This document shows positions 7,570 to 17,328 of a stretch of DNA of 51,179 nucleotides, one piece after another (within the stretch, counting starts at the first letter, position 1; the number at the start of each line of letters is the position of its first letter). Both the position numbers and the translations under genes were made by a program. Under the pieces are notes generated by a model. It made no database searches. It was not told the DNA's origin and worked only from the letters and a program-made list of their open reading frames with translations. This stretch comes from Succinivibrio sp. (GTDB taxonomy: Bacteria; Pseudomonadota; Gammaproteobacteria; Enterobacterales; Succinivibrionaceae), in the NCBI GenBank assembly GCA_045634805.1, contig JAZRAY010000121.1:1-51179 (forward strand), given 5' to 3'.

Positions 7570-8667
7570 TTAGAGTTCTGAAGTCAGCTCATCAACCTTT
7601 TTATTCAATGCTTCGTGCAGAGCTGATTTCTCTTCCACTGAGAGAGAACCATCATTGTTAATCATGGTCTTTAAGCCCTCCGCATCAAAATCAGCGGTCA
7701 TGGTCTGAATCAGATTCATGGTCTTTTCAAATAGAGGATTAGCCTCAGCTTTCTTGGTCTTCTTTGATGACTTTGCAGGTGCTGTCTCCTGAGCGGTTGG
7801 CATTCCGATTGCTGATGCAAATGCATCACTCTCAGACTGAGCTACTTGCTGAGACTGTGGAGCTGATGGGGCAACTGTGAAATAATCCTCAACCTTACCC
7901 ACTCCGTCATTCAGTGAAACATAAATCTGACGAAGCTGTAAGAACTGTGCAGGAAGGATTGTTTCGATACGACGCTGAATTCGCTCCTCAATCATTTCCT
8001 TGGTTACATGGAACTCAGCAAAAGCTCCTAGAAGCTTCTTAATCGATTCAGGAGAGGTATCCACCTGAGCCTGCATGGTGATGTTACACTGACGCACAGC
8101 CTGTTCGATGATATCACCAGGAAGAATTGCCTGAAGACATGCTCTCACACGACGAGCTGCGTTGTTTGCTTCAAGCTCATAGATATCGCGTGGGTCGGTC
8201 AGCTTATAAGAGCCTTTCTTGGTATAGCGCTCTAATGGTACTGAGAAAGTTCTTTCCTCACGAGCATTAGTCTCTACATCCCAAGCGTAAGCCTGAAGGA
8301 CAGCTACATTTCCGTCATTTGAAAGCTCTCTCCATCCAGACTGAATATTTCCCCATTGAGCCTTAATAATTTCCATCAGACGAATAGATGGACCTGAGAT
8401 AGAAGTACCACCTCTTGCATACTGATAAACAGCTACAGAAGCTAGAGTAGGGCGTGTACAAGCATTCAGAATGTTGTCACAAGCCTTAACTGGGTCTCTA
8501 GGGAACATCTTGGCAATCTGAAGAGATGCCTGAACCTCGGCAATATTCTTCTGCACTTCGGAGGTCCCCATGACACTCATATTTGTATTTGCGCCCTGAC
8601 GAAGAGAAGGCATATTATTCTGTGAGAAGGGATTATCTAAACGTTGAACGTTATATGAATCTGTCAT
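7570..8667 (-). CDS. putative single-strand annealing recombinase
   Basis: AKMFPRD...YARGG..ISGPSIRL motif family; lies immediately downstream of a YqaJ exonuclease. Confidence 0.65.
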   Translation of the reverse strand: MTDSYNVQRLDNPFSQNNMPSLRQGANTNMSVMGTSEVQKNIAEVQASLQIAKMFPRDPVKACDNILNACTRPTLASVAVYQYARGGTSISGPSIRLMEIIKAQWGNIQSGWRELSNDGNVAVLQAYAWDVETNAREERTFSVPLERYTKKGSYKLTDPRDIYELEANNAARRVRACLQAILPGDIIEQAVRQCNITMQAQVDTSPESIKKLLGAFAEFHVTKEMIEERIQRRIETILPAQFLQLRQIYVSLNDGVGKVEDYFTVAPSAPQSQQVAQSESDAFASAIGMPTAQETAPAKSSKKTKKAEANPLFEKTMNLIQTMTADFDAEGLKTMINNDGSLSVEEKSALHEALNKKVDELTSEL

Positions 8668-8712
8668 TTTGTTAAATCCTCATATTTTATCTGTTTTGGA
8701 TTGGGTGATTTT

Positions 8713-9867
8713 TTACAACTTCACCTTATTGGAGAATCTTCTTTCACGGTATGAAAGCTCTTTATAGATATCAGGCTGCTCCGTTTCCAGACGCTTCACA
8801 TCAAGCTCATGCTTAACGATAGTGTTGTAAGCTTCATACACTGATGGATACTTGCTTAATAGTGTCTTGGAATCGAATTTAATGGTCTTTGTTGCCTTAT
8901 ATGTGGCGACCAGATTTCCGCTATTGTCTTTAATACCCTCATGTCCTGCAATCATGTCCTTAAGCTGCAGCTGATAGGAGTCTTTAAGGCTGTTTAGTTC
9001 TTTTATCTGCTTATCAAGTTCAGCGCACTTGGTTGCGAGGGATAAAGCCATATTGTCTTCATTGTCACTGATATAATCACCCTCGATAGTTGCTTCATGA
9101 GCATATTTCTCTGCAAGAGAACCAAGCTTCTTAGGCTCTGGAGGAATCTCGGGAATCAGATGATTGAAGAGGAAATCCTCTCCCACTGAAACAAGGTGAT
9201 TGAAGATATCCTCATTATGATGAATCACATACAGACGAGGCTCTTCCTCAAGTCCGATTAATGCTGATAAAATTGCGGTTTTAGGGGCCTTATCCTTAAA
9301 CAGACGGTTAGCAATACCCAGTCCCCAATAAACCTGACATTTATAATCAAAAGGGATCTTGTAGTCTTCAATTACGATATGACCGCGGTCATCAAACTCA
9401 GAACCATTGCCCCATACACCTCTAGCTGGTCTCTCAATGCGCTTGCATTCAATATTGATTGGACCATACTGCTCAGTCACCGCAGTAGCGTCAATCTGAG
9501 CTGAGATATAAGGCTTCTCAACATCATTTAAATCACAGCCTTCAAGAGGAGAAGTTCTCATCAGAGCACATGCCTCACGAGCAATCTCTGCCTCTAACGC
9601 AGCTCCTCGACGAGTTTTATTGTTTCCTTCCCATGGTTCAAAGTAACAGAGCATATCCTGAAAAACATCAAGCGAATCGGCATACTTTGAAGCTCCCACA
9701 ATTGCTCCAATGCGGGAACCTGACAGACGTATGCAGTGATTTGCTAGCCATTCAGGAGACTTGTCCAGATTAGGATATTCTCGAAAATGATTTACGGCTT
9801 TGCTGTAGTGGTTAGGAGACCATTCACCGTAGATTTCATTCATTTGAGATTGAGTTAAGTTATTCAT
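8713..9867 (-). CDS. YqaJ-like phage recombination exonuclease
   Basis: GSRIGAIVGASKY, RGAALE, SAQIDA, IECK and YKCQVYWGL motifs. Confidence 0.85.
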   Translation of the reverse strand: MNNLTQSQMNEIYGEWSPNHYSKAVNHFREYPNLDKSPEWLANHCIRLSGSRIGAIVGASKYADSLDVFQDMLCYFEPWEGNNKTRRGAALEAEIAREACALMRTSPLEGCDLNDVEKPYISAQIDATAVTEQYGPINIECKRIERPARGVWGNGSEFDDRGHIVIEDYKIPFDYKCQVYWGLGIANRLFKDKAPKTAILSALIGLEEEPRLYVIHHNEDIFNHLVSVGEDFLFNHLIPEIPPEPKKLGSLAEKYAHEATIEGDYISDNEDNMALSLATKCAELDKQIKELNSLKDSYQLQLKDMIAGHEGIKDNSGNLVATYKATKTIKFDSKTLLSKYPSVYEAYNTIVKHELDVKRLETEQPDIYKELSYRERRFSNKVKL

Positions 9868-9910
9868 AACGTAATAAATATATATTGATAAATAAATAAA
9901 AAATAACGAT

Positions 9911-9944
9911 ACGATAATTATATCTGTTACGATAATATTATCAA
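9911..9944 (-). promoter_or_regulatory. leftward early promoter (PL-like) with candidate operator half-sites
   Basis: -35 TTGATA (9944-9939), 16-bp spacer, -10 TATAAT (9922-9917). ACGATAAT at 9911 and 9929; TCGATAAT also at 10891 upstream of cro. Confidence 0.6.
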
Positions 9945-10119
9945 CTATATTTAGCTAAAATAAACAATAAAAATAATTAAATTGAGGTTTTGTGAATAAA
10001 ATCACCTTTTATTAAGAATGAGTAAGAAATATTAAATTTGAGTAATAAATGATAAATATGGCAGGTTTTTGGATATTTTTATATACAAGTTCGATATAAA
10101 AATATCTAATTTTATAGAC

Positions 10120-10147
10120 AAAAAAAAGATGTTGCCGCGGCAACATC
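10120..10147 (-). terminator. intrinsic terminator after the repressor gene
   Basis: Palindrome GATGTTGCCGCGGCAACATC followed by U8 on the minus strand. Confidence 0.8.
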
Positions 10148-10178
10148 CTTGTCAAATATTCAGTTTAATCTGATATAG

Positions 10179-10814
10179 TTAAATTAAAGAAGAAAACTTT
10201 CCTATAACAACTCCAATTATTTTTATGCTTGAATCAAGATCGGTATATTTTGGTTCCCAATCTGGGTTAATAACTTTTAATCGAGGCTGACCGTTAAATT
10301 CACGAATAAAGACTTTCATGGTTATATAAGCCTCAGGCTGCTTAGTATCTTCTACCACGACCACACATCCAGAATGCAGTTCCTGATCAGGATCAATATA
10401 GATAATATCGCCCTCCTGAAATTTCGGCAGCATACTTTCACCAGACACTCTAAGACAGAACACATCTGTTCCCGCAGGGACAGGGCACATATACCACTCT
10501 TTAACGTCATCAGCTCTGATTTCTCGATATATTCCGGCCTGTTCTGGTGTTAATAAAGGAGCTTGTTTGAATTCTCTAAAGGTATTAATCGCACTTATAT
10601 TGGTATCACCCTGAAGAAAGGTTAAAACAGAGACTCCTAAAGCCTTTGAAAGAGCTTTTACAGTTGTTAGTGATGGGTCTTTAGTTCCGCCTTTTACAAG
10701 CTTCTGAAGTGATGATTGAGCAACACCTGCTTTTATAGCAAGTGCATTAACCGTCAGATTCTGTTTTTTCATTAACCGCTGAAGTAATTCAGGGTAGTCA
10801 ACATCGTTATTCAT
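10179..10814 (-). CDS. cI: CI-like repressor (XRE HTH + S24 autopeptidase)
   Basis: HTH LAIKAGVAQSSLQKL; S24 motif VSGESMLPKFQEGD and catalytic Lys in TMKVF; divergent from a Cro-like gene. Confidence 0.9.
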   Translation of the reverse strand: MNNDVDYPELLQRLMKKQNLTVNALAIKAGVAQSSLQKLVKGGTKDPSLTTVKALSKALGVSVLTFLQGDTNISAINTFREFKQAPLLTPEQAGIYREIRADDVKEWYMCPVPAGTDVFCLRVSGESMLPKFQEGDIIYIDPDQELHSGCVVVVEDTKQPEAYITMKVFIREFNGQPRLKVINPDWEPKYTDLDSSIKIIGVVIGKFSSLI

Positions 10815-10942
10815 TTTTCATCCTTAACTCACATTTTTGAATGATAACAAAATGAATTAATAAAAAAAATGTTGATTAAATACCGCCGTTTCGATAATAA
10901 TAAATAGACTATTCAATATTTAAATTCATCAAGGGATATAAA

Positions 10943-11206
10943 ATGCTAAAAACACCAAATGAGTGTGCTCGTATTCTTAGGGACCACGGTCTGAGTCAAA
11001 ATGAGATAGCCTGCCTTGTTGGTCTTTCACAAAGTACCGTCAATACTCTTCTTAACAATGAAAATCATGTCACCACTTATCTAGTCGCAGATAAGCTTAG
11101 AGAATGCGTCAGAATCGTTAATAAGCAGATGGGAGCCTTAGTTATTAAGGCTAATGCAAGAAATATAAGAAAACAAAGATCTTCTTCTTTGGATAAGAAC
11201 TTATAA
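10943..11206 (+). CDS. cro: Cro-like HTH regulator
   Basis: GLSQNEIACLVGLSQSTVNTLL; divergent from cI. Confidence 0.75.
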   Translation: MLKTPNECARILRDHGLSQNEIACLVGLSQSTVNTLLNNENHVTTYLVADKLRECVRIVNKQMGALVIKANARNIRKQRSSSLDKNL

Positions 11207-11242
11207 GAATAGTTTTTTTTAACTTAACTAATGGAGAAAACA

Positions 11243-11389
11243 ATGCAAATCAACCTTAAAAAGACTCGTCAGTTCAATATCCCTTCATCATCTGCCAATC
11301 GTCTAAATACAAAAGAGCTTCTTCTTGTAGGAAGAGTAATGGCTTTAATTTCAAGAAAGAATAAAGAACAGACAAGTCATGACTTATAA
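11243..11389 (+). CDS. 48-aa protein resembling the N-terminus of the replication initiator
   Basis: GGAG SD; FNIP...RLN...VGRVMAL vs YKIP...KLN...LGRIMVL in 11435..12544. Confidence 0.6.
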   Translation: MQINLKKTRQFNIPSSSANRLNTKELLLVGRVMALISRKNKEQTSHDL

Positions 11390-11434
11390 AAGAAATAAAT
11401 ATTTAATTCACCGCAAAACATAAGCGAGTCAAGA

Positions 11435-12544
11435 ATGAACTACTCGGACAATATAACCTACAAAATCCCCCGTGAACTTGAAGGAAAGCTAAATCAGACT
11501 CAGGAGCGTATCTTGGGTCGAATTATGGTTTTAACAAAATTGGGGGAGAAGGGTTATTGCATCCTTTCAAGTTCAGACTTAAAAAAAATGGGAATTTCCA
11601 AGAGTGGACGAACCAATCAGTCAATACAAGAGCTGATTGATATGAAGCTTATTCACAAAAAGGTATGTGTGAATAAAAAATCAAAAATAAAAGAAACTCG
11701 TTATTGGCTGAATTTTGAAAAGAATACAGCTGATTGGCTAATTAAGAAGCAGTCAGGAGAGGAGCAAGATTCCCAATTAAATAACGAAGAACTTCCAGAG
11801 GATAATTCAGAATCTCTATCTGATAATGATGAAAGCTTTATTGAACAAGGTGAACAATGTTCGCCTTACCAAAGTGAACAATGTTCACAATCCCAAAGTG
11901 AACAAAGTTCACGTTGCTTTAATGAGCAAGGTGAACAAAGTTCACCAACCAAGGTGAACAATGATCACATACATGGTGAACAAAGTTCACCTTCTACCTT
12001 TATTAATATATGTGATCCTAGTGATATTAATATGTGTGAAGGGGACACACACAAAAAAACTGCCTCTAATGATCAGGATTTTTTATCAACTTCGGAAGAG
12101 AAAAAATCTGAAGATTCTAAGCCTAAAACTCTCGCAGATTTAGTCAAATCGAAAGAGCCCTATAAATCTACTCAGACTCCAGATTCCAATATATTTTCAT
12201 TCCCAAGGTCTGAAGTTTTAGCCCAAGAACCTGCGTGTTATGAGGAGGTCTATGAGTATCTCGATGAATATAAAACCAACTTTAAGACTCAATTTCCTGC
12301 AGGTACTTTTGACAAGGTGGATGTATCGGAGGTTGCAGGTGTGTTCTGGAGAAAGAACTCCGCAAAAAAGTGGAGAAACAAGAATGACTGGAGAACTGAG
12401 GCGATTAACTGGTTTGAGCGTCAGAGAAGGTACATAGCAGAACATCCTGAGAAGTTTAAGGAAAAATCCAATACACTTGAAATCGACAAGGATCTTCTTG
12501 ATGAAATCGCCAACATAGACAAGAGGCCATCTTATGGTTCTTGA
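11435..12544 (+). CDS. replication initiator (lambda O-like)
   Basis: N-terminal winged-helix-like region, internal iterons, position upstream of loader and helicase. Confidence 0.8.
   Translation: MNYSDNITYKIPRELEGKLNQTQERILGRIMVLTKLGEKGYCILSSSDLKKMGISKSGRTNQSIQELIDMKLIHKKVCVNKKSKIKETRYWLNFEKNTADWLIKKQSGEEQDSQLNNEELPEDNSESLSDNDESFIEQGEQCSPYQSEQCSQSQSEQSSRCFNEQGEQSSPTKVNNDHIHGEQSSPSTFINICDPSDINMCEGDTHKKTASNDQDFLSTSEEKKSEDSKPKTLADLVKSKEPYKSTQTPDSNIFSFPRSEVLAQEPACYEEVYEYLDEYKTNFKTQFPAGTFDKVDVSEVAGVFWRKNSAKKWRNKNDWRTEAINWFERQRRYIAEHPEKFKEKSNTLEIDKDLLDEIANIDKRPSYGS
11850..12040. repeat. replication origin: six palindromic iterons GTGAACAAWGTTCAC plus AT-rich flank
   Basis: Copies at 11850, 11874, 11898, 11931, 11954 and 11976, followed by two TATTAATAT repeats. 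Confidence 0.85.
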
Positions 12545-12791
12545 TGTTTTAAAAGACTTACAGCCGGAGATTGATTCTCTTTTTGATAAAGTCAGGTCTG
12601 AAAGTCCAATGGCTCAGAGACTGTCAAAGACTGAGTGGAATAAAGTCAGGCAGGAGGTATCTGTGCCACTGATTCAGGGTTTTAAAACGGGCAGGGTGAA
12701 AACTCAGGAAGAACACGACAAAATGTTCAAGATGGCAGAAGAACTCGCACACATACAGATTATTTTAATTAGCCATAGCAAATGGAGGTAA
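12534..12791 (+). CDS. hypothetical protein
   Basis: Overlapping ORF in the replication operon with GAGG SD. Confidence 0.65.
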   Translation: MVLDVLKDLQPEIDSLFDKVRSESPMAQRLSKTEWNKVRQEVSVPLIQGFKTGRVKTQEEHDKMFKMAEELAHIQIILISHSKWR

Positions 12792-13210
12792 AACAAAATA
12801 TGCAACAGAAAGACTTTGAGGATTTTAAGCAAACATGGAAGCTAGTATTTTCATACTACAACCCTGATAGACGAGAATTTGATAGAGATTCAGATATATA
12901 TTTCAAATTCATGCCTAAAGAATTCACTCTTGATGATATCAAAGCCGGTGTTAATTATGTAATTCAGCATTACAAGTATTATCCGATGCTTAGTGAGTTT
13001 ATTGAAGCTATAAATCAAGCAAACTTTTTTAAATTTGCTCGTAGAAAACTAGAAAAAGAAGATCGTCTCAGAAAAGAATATGAGCAACAGGAAGAAGAAC
13101 GTCGCAGAGTATGGGAATCCATGACTCCTGAGGAGAAAGCGGAAGATAAACGTCGCTGTGAGGAAGCTATTGATAGATTAACTGAAAAACTGTCTAAGAG
13201 TCAGTTGTGA
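12782..13210 (+). CDS. putative helicase loader (P/G39P-like)
   Basis: YYPMLSEFI motif; lies between initiator and DnaB. Confidence 0.55.
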   Translation: MEVKQNMQQKDFEDFKQTWKLVFSYYNPDRREFDRDSDIYFKFMPKEFTLDDIKAGVNYVIQHYKYYPMLSEFIEAINQANFFKFARRKLEKEDRLRKEYEQQEEERRRVWESMTPEEKAEDKRRCEEAIDRLTEKLSKSQL

Positions 13211-14670
13211 TTATCATGGAAAAGAAAATTTATACTTCAAGACTAAATCAGGAATCTCATGAGAGGGATTTTTTATCGACTCTGATAGTTATGCCTTGGG
13301 AGATGAAGCGTGTTACTGAAGAACTGATGATTGATGAGTCCTGCTTTAACAGTCCTATGCATCAGGAAATTTTTAAGGGAATTGATGGTTATGTTGGAGC
13401 TTATGGGGATGATATCTACATGGTGGATATTTCATCTCTCAGACAGAGGATTCAGGGGAATAATCCAAATACTTTCGTAACCGAGATTTATCTTAAAGAG
13501 CTATTCACAAGAGGTGAACAGACTCGTGATACTGCAAAAGACCCTATCAGGTTCTATTCAGAAAAGCTGAGATTTCATAATCAGAAATTAGCCATTTCCC
13601 AGATGGCAGAATCTCTTGGAGAGATTTCATTAAATCCTCAGATTAACAATGCCACTGAGCTTTATTCAGAATCAAGACAGACTTTTGAAAAATATATCGG
13701 AACACTTGAAACTACTGAGACTCTTTTCTGCAATGGGATTGAGTCAAAAATTCAGGATATGTTTTTAAAAATGCGCGAGGGGGAGGATGTTCATCTTCAG
13801 CCTATAGGCATAAAAGCACTTGATAAGCGTGTAGGAGGTGGTTTTGCTCCTGGTTCTATGGTTGTTATAGCTGCTCGTCCCGGTTGTGGTAAGACAACGC
13901 TTATGCTGAATATTGCGGAGAATCTGATTGAGGACCAAAGTACACAGAATAGACCTGTAGTGTTCTTTTCTCTGGAAATGACCACAGAAAGACTTATCGA
14001 AAAAATTCTTAATTCCTACACTGAAGCATCATCCTTTGACATCAGAAATAGAACAAATGGGAATATGCTTAACAAGCTTGAATCTCATCTGAACAAGGCT
14101 TTTTTTCGTGATGGAAAATCTGTTAATAGCTTACTGATTTCTGATAAAGGGGCACTTTCACTTGCACAGATGCGTCAGCAGCTTAAGAAAATTCACAATG
14201 AACGAGGGGGAATCACCGCTGTATTTATCGACTATCTGCAGCTTATGAAAGCTCCTGGCAAGTTTGATTCCAGAAATTATGAACTTGCTGAAATCTCGAG
14301 AGCATTGCGAGAAATGTCAAAAGAATTTGAGACGACTTTTATCGTTGCTGCACAGTTAAACCGTCAGATTGAGGCCAATAACAAATCCATGAATGGAACT
14401 GAAACTCCCAAGAATTCATACCTGAGAGATTCTGGTGCTATTGAGCAGGACGCTGATTTAATCATGTTTCTGACACCTGATGTAATAATTTCTGAGTCAG
14501 TTAAGACTGTGAAACTGCATATCACCAAAAACAGATTCGGAGCTGTTACTGGAGAGAATCCGATAGAGCTGCAGTTTAACGGTGCTACATCGCTCTTTTC
14601 TGAACCGGTTAAACATGCATTAAGCGGATATTATAACCGCAAAGGCCCATCAGAATATCAGGGTAACTAA
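13207..14670 (+). CDS. dnaB: replicative DNA helicase
   Basis: AARPGCGKT, FFSLEM, IDYLQLM, AQLNR, LRDSGAIEQDAD, KNRFG. Confidence 0.95.
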   Translation: MIIMEKKIYTSRLNQESHERDFLSTLIVMPWEMKRVTEELMIDESCFNSPMHQEIFKGIDGYVGAYGDDIYMVDISSLRQRIQGNNPNTFVTEIYLKELFTRGEQTRDTAKDPIRFYSEKLRFHNQKLAISQMAESLGEISLNPQINNATELYSESRQTFEKYIGTLETTETLFCNGIESKIQDMFLKMREGEDVHLQPIGIKALDKRVGGGFAPGSMVVIAARPGCGKTTLMLNIAENLIEDQSTQNRPVVFFSLEMTTERLIEKILNSYTEASSFDIRNRTNGNMLNKLESHLNKAFFRDGKSVNSLLISDKGALSLAQMRQQLKKIHNERGGITAVFIDYLQLMKAPGKFDSRNYELAEISRALREMSKEFETTFIVAAQLNRQIEANNKSMNGTETPKNSYLRDSGAIEQDADLIMFLTPDVIISESVKTVKLHITKNRFGAVTGENPIELQFNGATSLFSEPVKHALSGYYNRKGPSEYQGN

Positions 14671-14713
14671 TTGATTTATAAGAAGATTTTATAAAAAAAT
14701 TAAACAAACATAA

Positions 14714-15685
14714 ATGAAAACGACAAGAAAAAAGCACCCACAATGCAAAGCTTCTGATGAAGAAATTATAAGAGTTTACAAAGAAACCAATAGTATTTGG
14801 AAAGCTGCTAAATCATTAAATATGTGTGGACAAAGCATATATGAAAGACTGGCTCGTTTAGGAGTAATTCATAAAATGAATGTTTTTACTGAAGAAGAAT
14901 TTAAAAGGCTAAAGGAATTTTATGAAACACATAGTCTGAAAAGAGGAAGTGGGGAGCTTGAGCAAATAGCTAAAGAATTAGGGAGAACAAAGCAATTTAT
15001 TTCTCGTAAGGCTAAAGAACTTGGATTAACAAAAAATAATAGAGAATTAACAGATAAAGCTTCCAAGAATATTTCTTATAGAGCTAAGGCTCAAATAGAA
15101 CAAAATGGACATCCTAAAGGAATGCTCGGAAAACATCATTCAATAAAAACCAGAGAACATCTGAGCAAAACTTCTGCTGCTTATATGAATGGTCTATCTG
15201 AAGAGCTTAAACAGGAGCGAACTAGACATATTTTAGAAACTCGTTTTAAGAATGAAAAACAGTCTTCGGATACCAGGACTAAATCACGAGAGAAAGCAAG
15301 TTGGAAACAAGGTTATCGAGAGGTAGGAGGTAAGAAAGTCTTTTTTAGAAGCAGTTGGGAATATAACTACGCTTTATATCTTCAATATCAGAAGGAACTA
15401 GGAAAAATCCTTGATTGGTTTTTTGAATCTGATGTGTTTTGGTTCGATGGAATTAAAAGAGGATGTGTCAGTTACAAACCTGATTTTAAAGTTATAAGAC
15501 CAGATGGTTCGGTTTATTTCATAGAAATAAAAGGTTGGATGGATAAGGCGAGCAAAACAAAGCTCAAAAGAATGGCTAAATATCATCCAGAAGTAGAATT
15601 AGTTTTGATTGATTCAAAGAAATATCGAATTTTTGAAAAGGATTGGCAATTTAAGTTAAAGAATTGGGAGTTTAAAAAGAAATGA
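14714..15685 (+). CDS. HTH/NUMOD3-like + PD-(D/E)XK endonuclease
   Basis: GMLGKHHSIKTREHLS (NUMOD3-like); FRSSWE...YKPDF...IEIKG nuclease motif. Confidence 0.75.
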   Translation: MKTTRKKHPQCKASDEEIIRVYKETNSIWKAAKSLNMCGQSIYERLARLGVIHKMNVFTEEEFKRLKEFYETHSLKRGSGELEQIAKELGRTKQFISRKAKELGLTKNNRELTDKASKNISYRAKAQIEQNGHPKGMLGKHHSIKTREHLSKTSAAYMNGLSEELKQERTRHILETRFKNEKQSSDTRTKSREKASWKQGYREVGGKKVFFRSSWEYNYALYLQYQKELGKILDWFFESDVFWFDGIKRGCVSYKPDFKVIRPDGSVYFIEIKGWMDKASKTKLKRMAKYHPEVELVLIDSKKYRIFEKDWQFKLKNWEFKKK

Positions 15686-16035
15686 AAAGAGATTGGAGTG
15701 TCATAAAGCATATTTTATCTTTAATCGAAGAAGAACAACTGCTTATTTTCTTAATAACAATGAGAGAGGATATAAAAGGCACCCCTCTTAATTACAACTG
15801 CGACTTAGAAAGTCTTAACAAAAGAGCTATCTACCTAAAACATATTGATTTAATGATTGATGAAAATTTATTGAAAAGCCCTAGAAAAAAGCCTTTCTAT
15901 GATAATCAGTTTCCTTCTTTGGATAATTTTGCCCCAATAAGAATGACCTTTAAGGGATATGAGTTTTTAGATAAGTTAAGACAAAACAAAGTTCCGCATG
16001 TTGATGTGCGAGTCCGATGGGGAGAGGAAGATTGA
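15682..16035 (+). CDS. DUF2513-like protein
   Basis: MKRDWSVIKHILSLIEE...MTFKGYEFLDKLR. Confidence 0.6.
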   Translation: MKRDWSVIKHILSLIEEEQLLIFLITMREDIKGTPLNYNCDLESLNKRAIYLKHIDLMIDENLLKSPRKKPFYDNQFPSLDNFAPIRMTFKGYEFLDKLRQNKVPHVDVRVRWGEED

Positions 16036-16234
16036 TCGTAATCGATAAGGTTTCAATAACACAGCAAGACAAGAGTTTTTTCTACCACCTGCTTTATCGC
16101 GACAAGGAATCAGGTGTTGTGGGTGGAATGACCGGAGTATTTAAAACCGGCACAAACAGAATCCCAAGAGAGGGCTCAATATGGGAGTCAGTCAGTGACC
16201 TTGAGAGCTTTGTGATGAGTCAGGAGGATGAGTC

Positions 16235-17212
16235 ATGAAGTATATATCTCTGTTCTCGGGAATCGAAGCTGCTTCATGTGCATGGTCAAAACTTGATGGA
16301 TGGAAGCCTATAGCCTTCAGTGAAATTGAGAAGTTCCCATGTAGCGTATTAAAACACCATTTCCCTGATGTTGCGAATATGGGAGATATAACAAAAATAA
16401 ACAGACAGACTATTGAGGAAGTCACAGATGGACAAGCAATCGACCTTGTTGTGGGAGGAAGCCCTTGCCAAGACCTGTCAGTCGGGGGGGGTAGAGCAGG
16501 AATACATGGAAAGCGTTCTGGACTGGCCTTCGAGTATCTTAGACTGCTCGCTATTATCCGACCTGAATGGGTGCTGTGGGAAAACGTCCCCGGAGTACTA
16601 TCGTCAAATCAGGGACGAGACTTCAAAGAACTCCTCAAGGCATTTAATGACGCAGGGTATGGTTGTGCATGGAGAGTGCTTGACTCAAAATACTTCGGAG
16701 TCGGTCAACGGCGCAGAAGAGTCTTTCTTGTGGGACATTTTGGAGACTGGCGACCTTCCGCAGCGGTACTATTTGAGCGCGAAGGCTTGTCAGGGAATCC
16801 TGAGAAGAGCCGAGGAACACAGAAAGATTTTACCCGATTCTCTGAAGAAAGCACTGGAGAAACAGAGTCAGATATAACCCATGGTTTTCACTGCTTCGGG
16901 GAGGGGAGTTTTTATACCTTCAGGGAACAGAATCAGGCTTCAACCCTTAAGGCAAGCGGTGGAAATCTTGGAGGAGGTTCTGAGAATTTCGTCTTTAGAA
17001 GCGGTGAACATCCTACTGATTTGAGAAAGCTTACTCCTAAAGAGTGTTTAAGATTGCAGGGGTTCCCGGATGACTGGTTTGACGGAGTGGAAGGATATTC
17101 GGACACTGCAGCTTATAAGGCAATAGGAAATTCAATGGCCATTCCCTGCATGTACTGGATTGGAAGAAGAATTCAGATGGTTGCTGATATTCTGAGAGAG
17201 AGGGGATATTAA
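16235..17212 (+). CDS. C5 cytosine DNA methyltransferase 1
   Basis: Motifs I SLFSGIEA, IV GGSPCQ, VI WENVPG, VIII QRRRRVF, IX LTPKECLRLQGF, X AIGNSM; G8 tract at 16484-16491. Confidence 0.95.
   Translation: MKYISLFSGIEAASCAWSKLDGWKPIAFSEIEKFPCSVLKHHFPDVANMGDITKINRQTIEEVTDGQAIDLVVGGSPCQDLSVGGGRAGIHGKRSGLAFEYLRLLAIIRPEWVLWENVPGVLSSNQGRDFKELLKAFNDAGYGCAWRVLDSKYFGVGQRRRRVFLVGHFGDWRPSAAVLFEREGLSGNPEKSRGTQKDFTRFSEESTGETESDITHGFHCFGEGSFYTFREQNQASTLKASGGNLGGGSENFVFRSGEHPTDLRKLTPKECLRLQGFPDDWFDGVEGYSDTAAYKAIGNSMAIPCMYWIGRRIQMVADILRERGY
16428..16877 (+). CDS. alternative-frame beta polypeptide nested in the methyltransferase (M.EcoHK31I-beta type)
   Basis: +1 frame open for about 150 codons; GAGG SD 9 nt before ATG 16428; C-terminal LWDILE..LPQRYYLSAKACQGILRRAE..K.LP..L..AL signature. 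Confidence 0.7.
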   Translation: MDKQSTLLWEEALAKTCQSGGVEQEYMESVLDWPSSILDCSLLSDLNGCCGKTSPEYYRQIRDETSKNSSRHLMTQGMVVHGECLTQNTSESVNGAEESFLWDILETGDLPQRYYLSAKACQGILRRAEEHRKILPDSLKKALEKQSQI

Positions 17213-17216
17213 AAAC

Positions 17217-17300
17217 ATGAACTTCGATAATGCGGTATTCATTATCGCCCTGATAGGCTTATTAGCAGTCTTTCTATATGACTGGTATGACAACAGATAA
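17217..17300 (+). CDS. 27-aa membrane peptide
   Basis: MNFDNAVFIIALIGLLAVFLYDWYDNR; fills the gap between the methyltransferase and GT2 genes. Confidence 0.5.
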   Translation: MNFDNAVFIIALIGLLAVFLYDWYDNR

Positions 17301-17328
17301 ATTAAATAAATCATAAGGACAAACAAAC

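Noticed and set aside
11850-11990. CRISPR array
   Set aside because: 15-bp palindromes with 7-18 nt gaps inside the initiator gene; these are replication iterons, and no cas genes are present.
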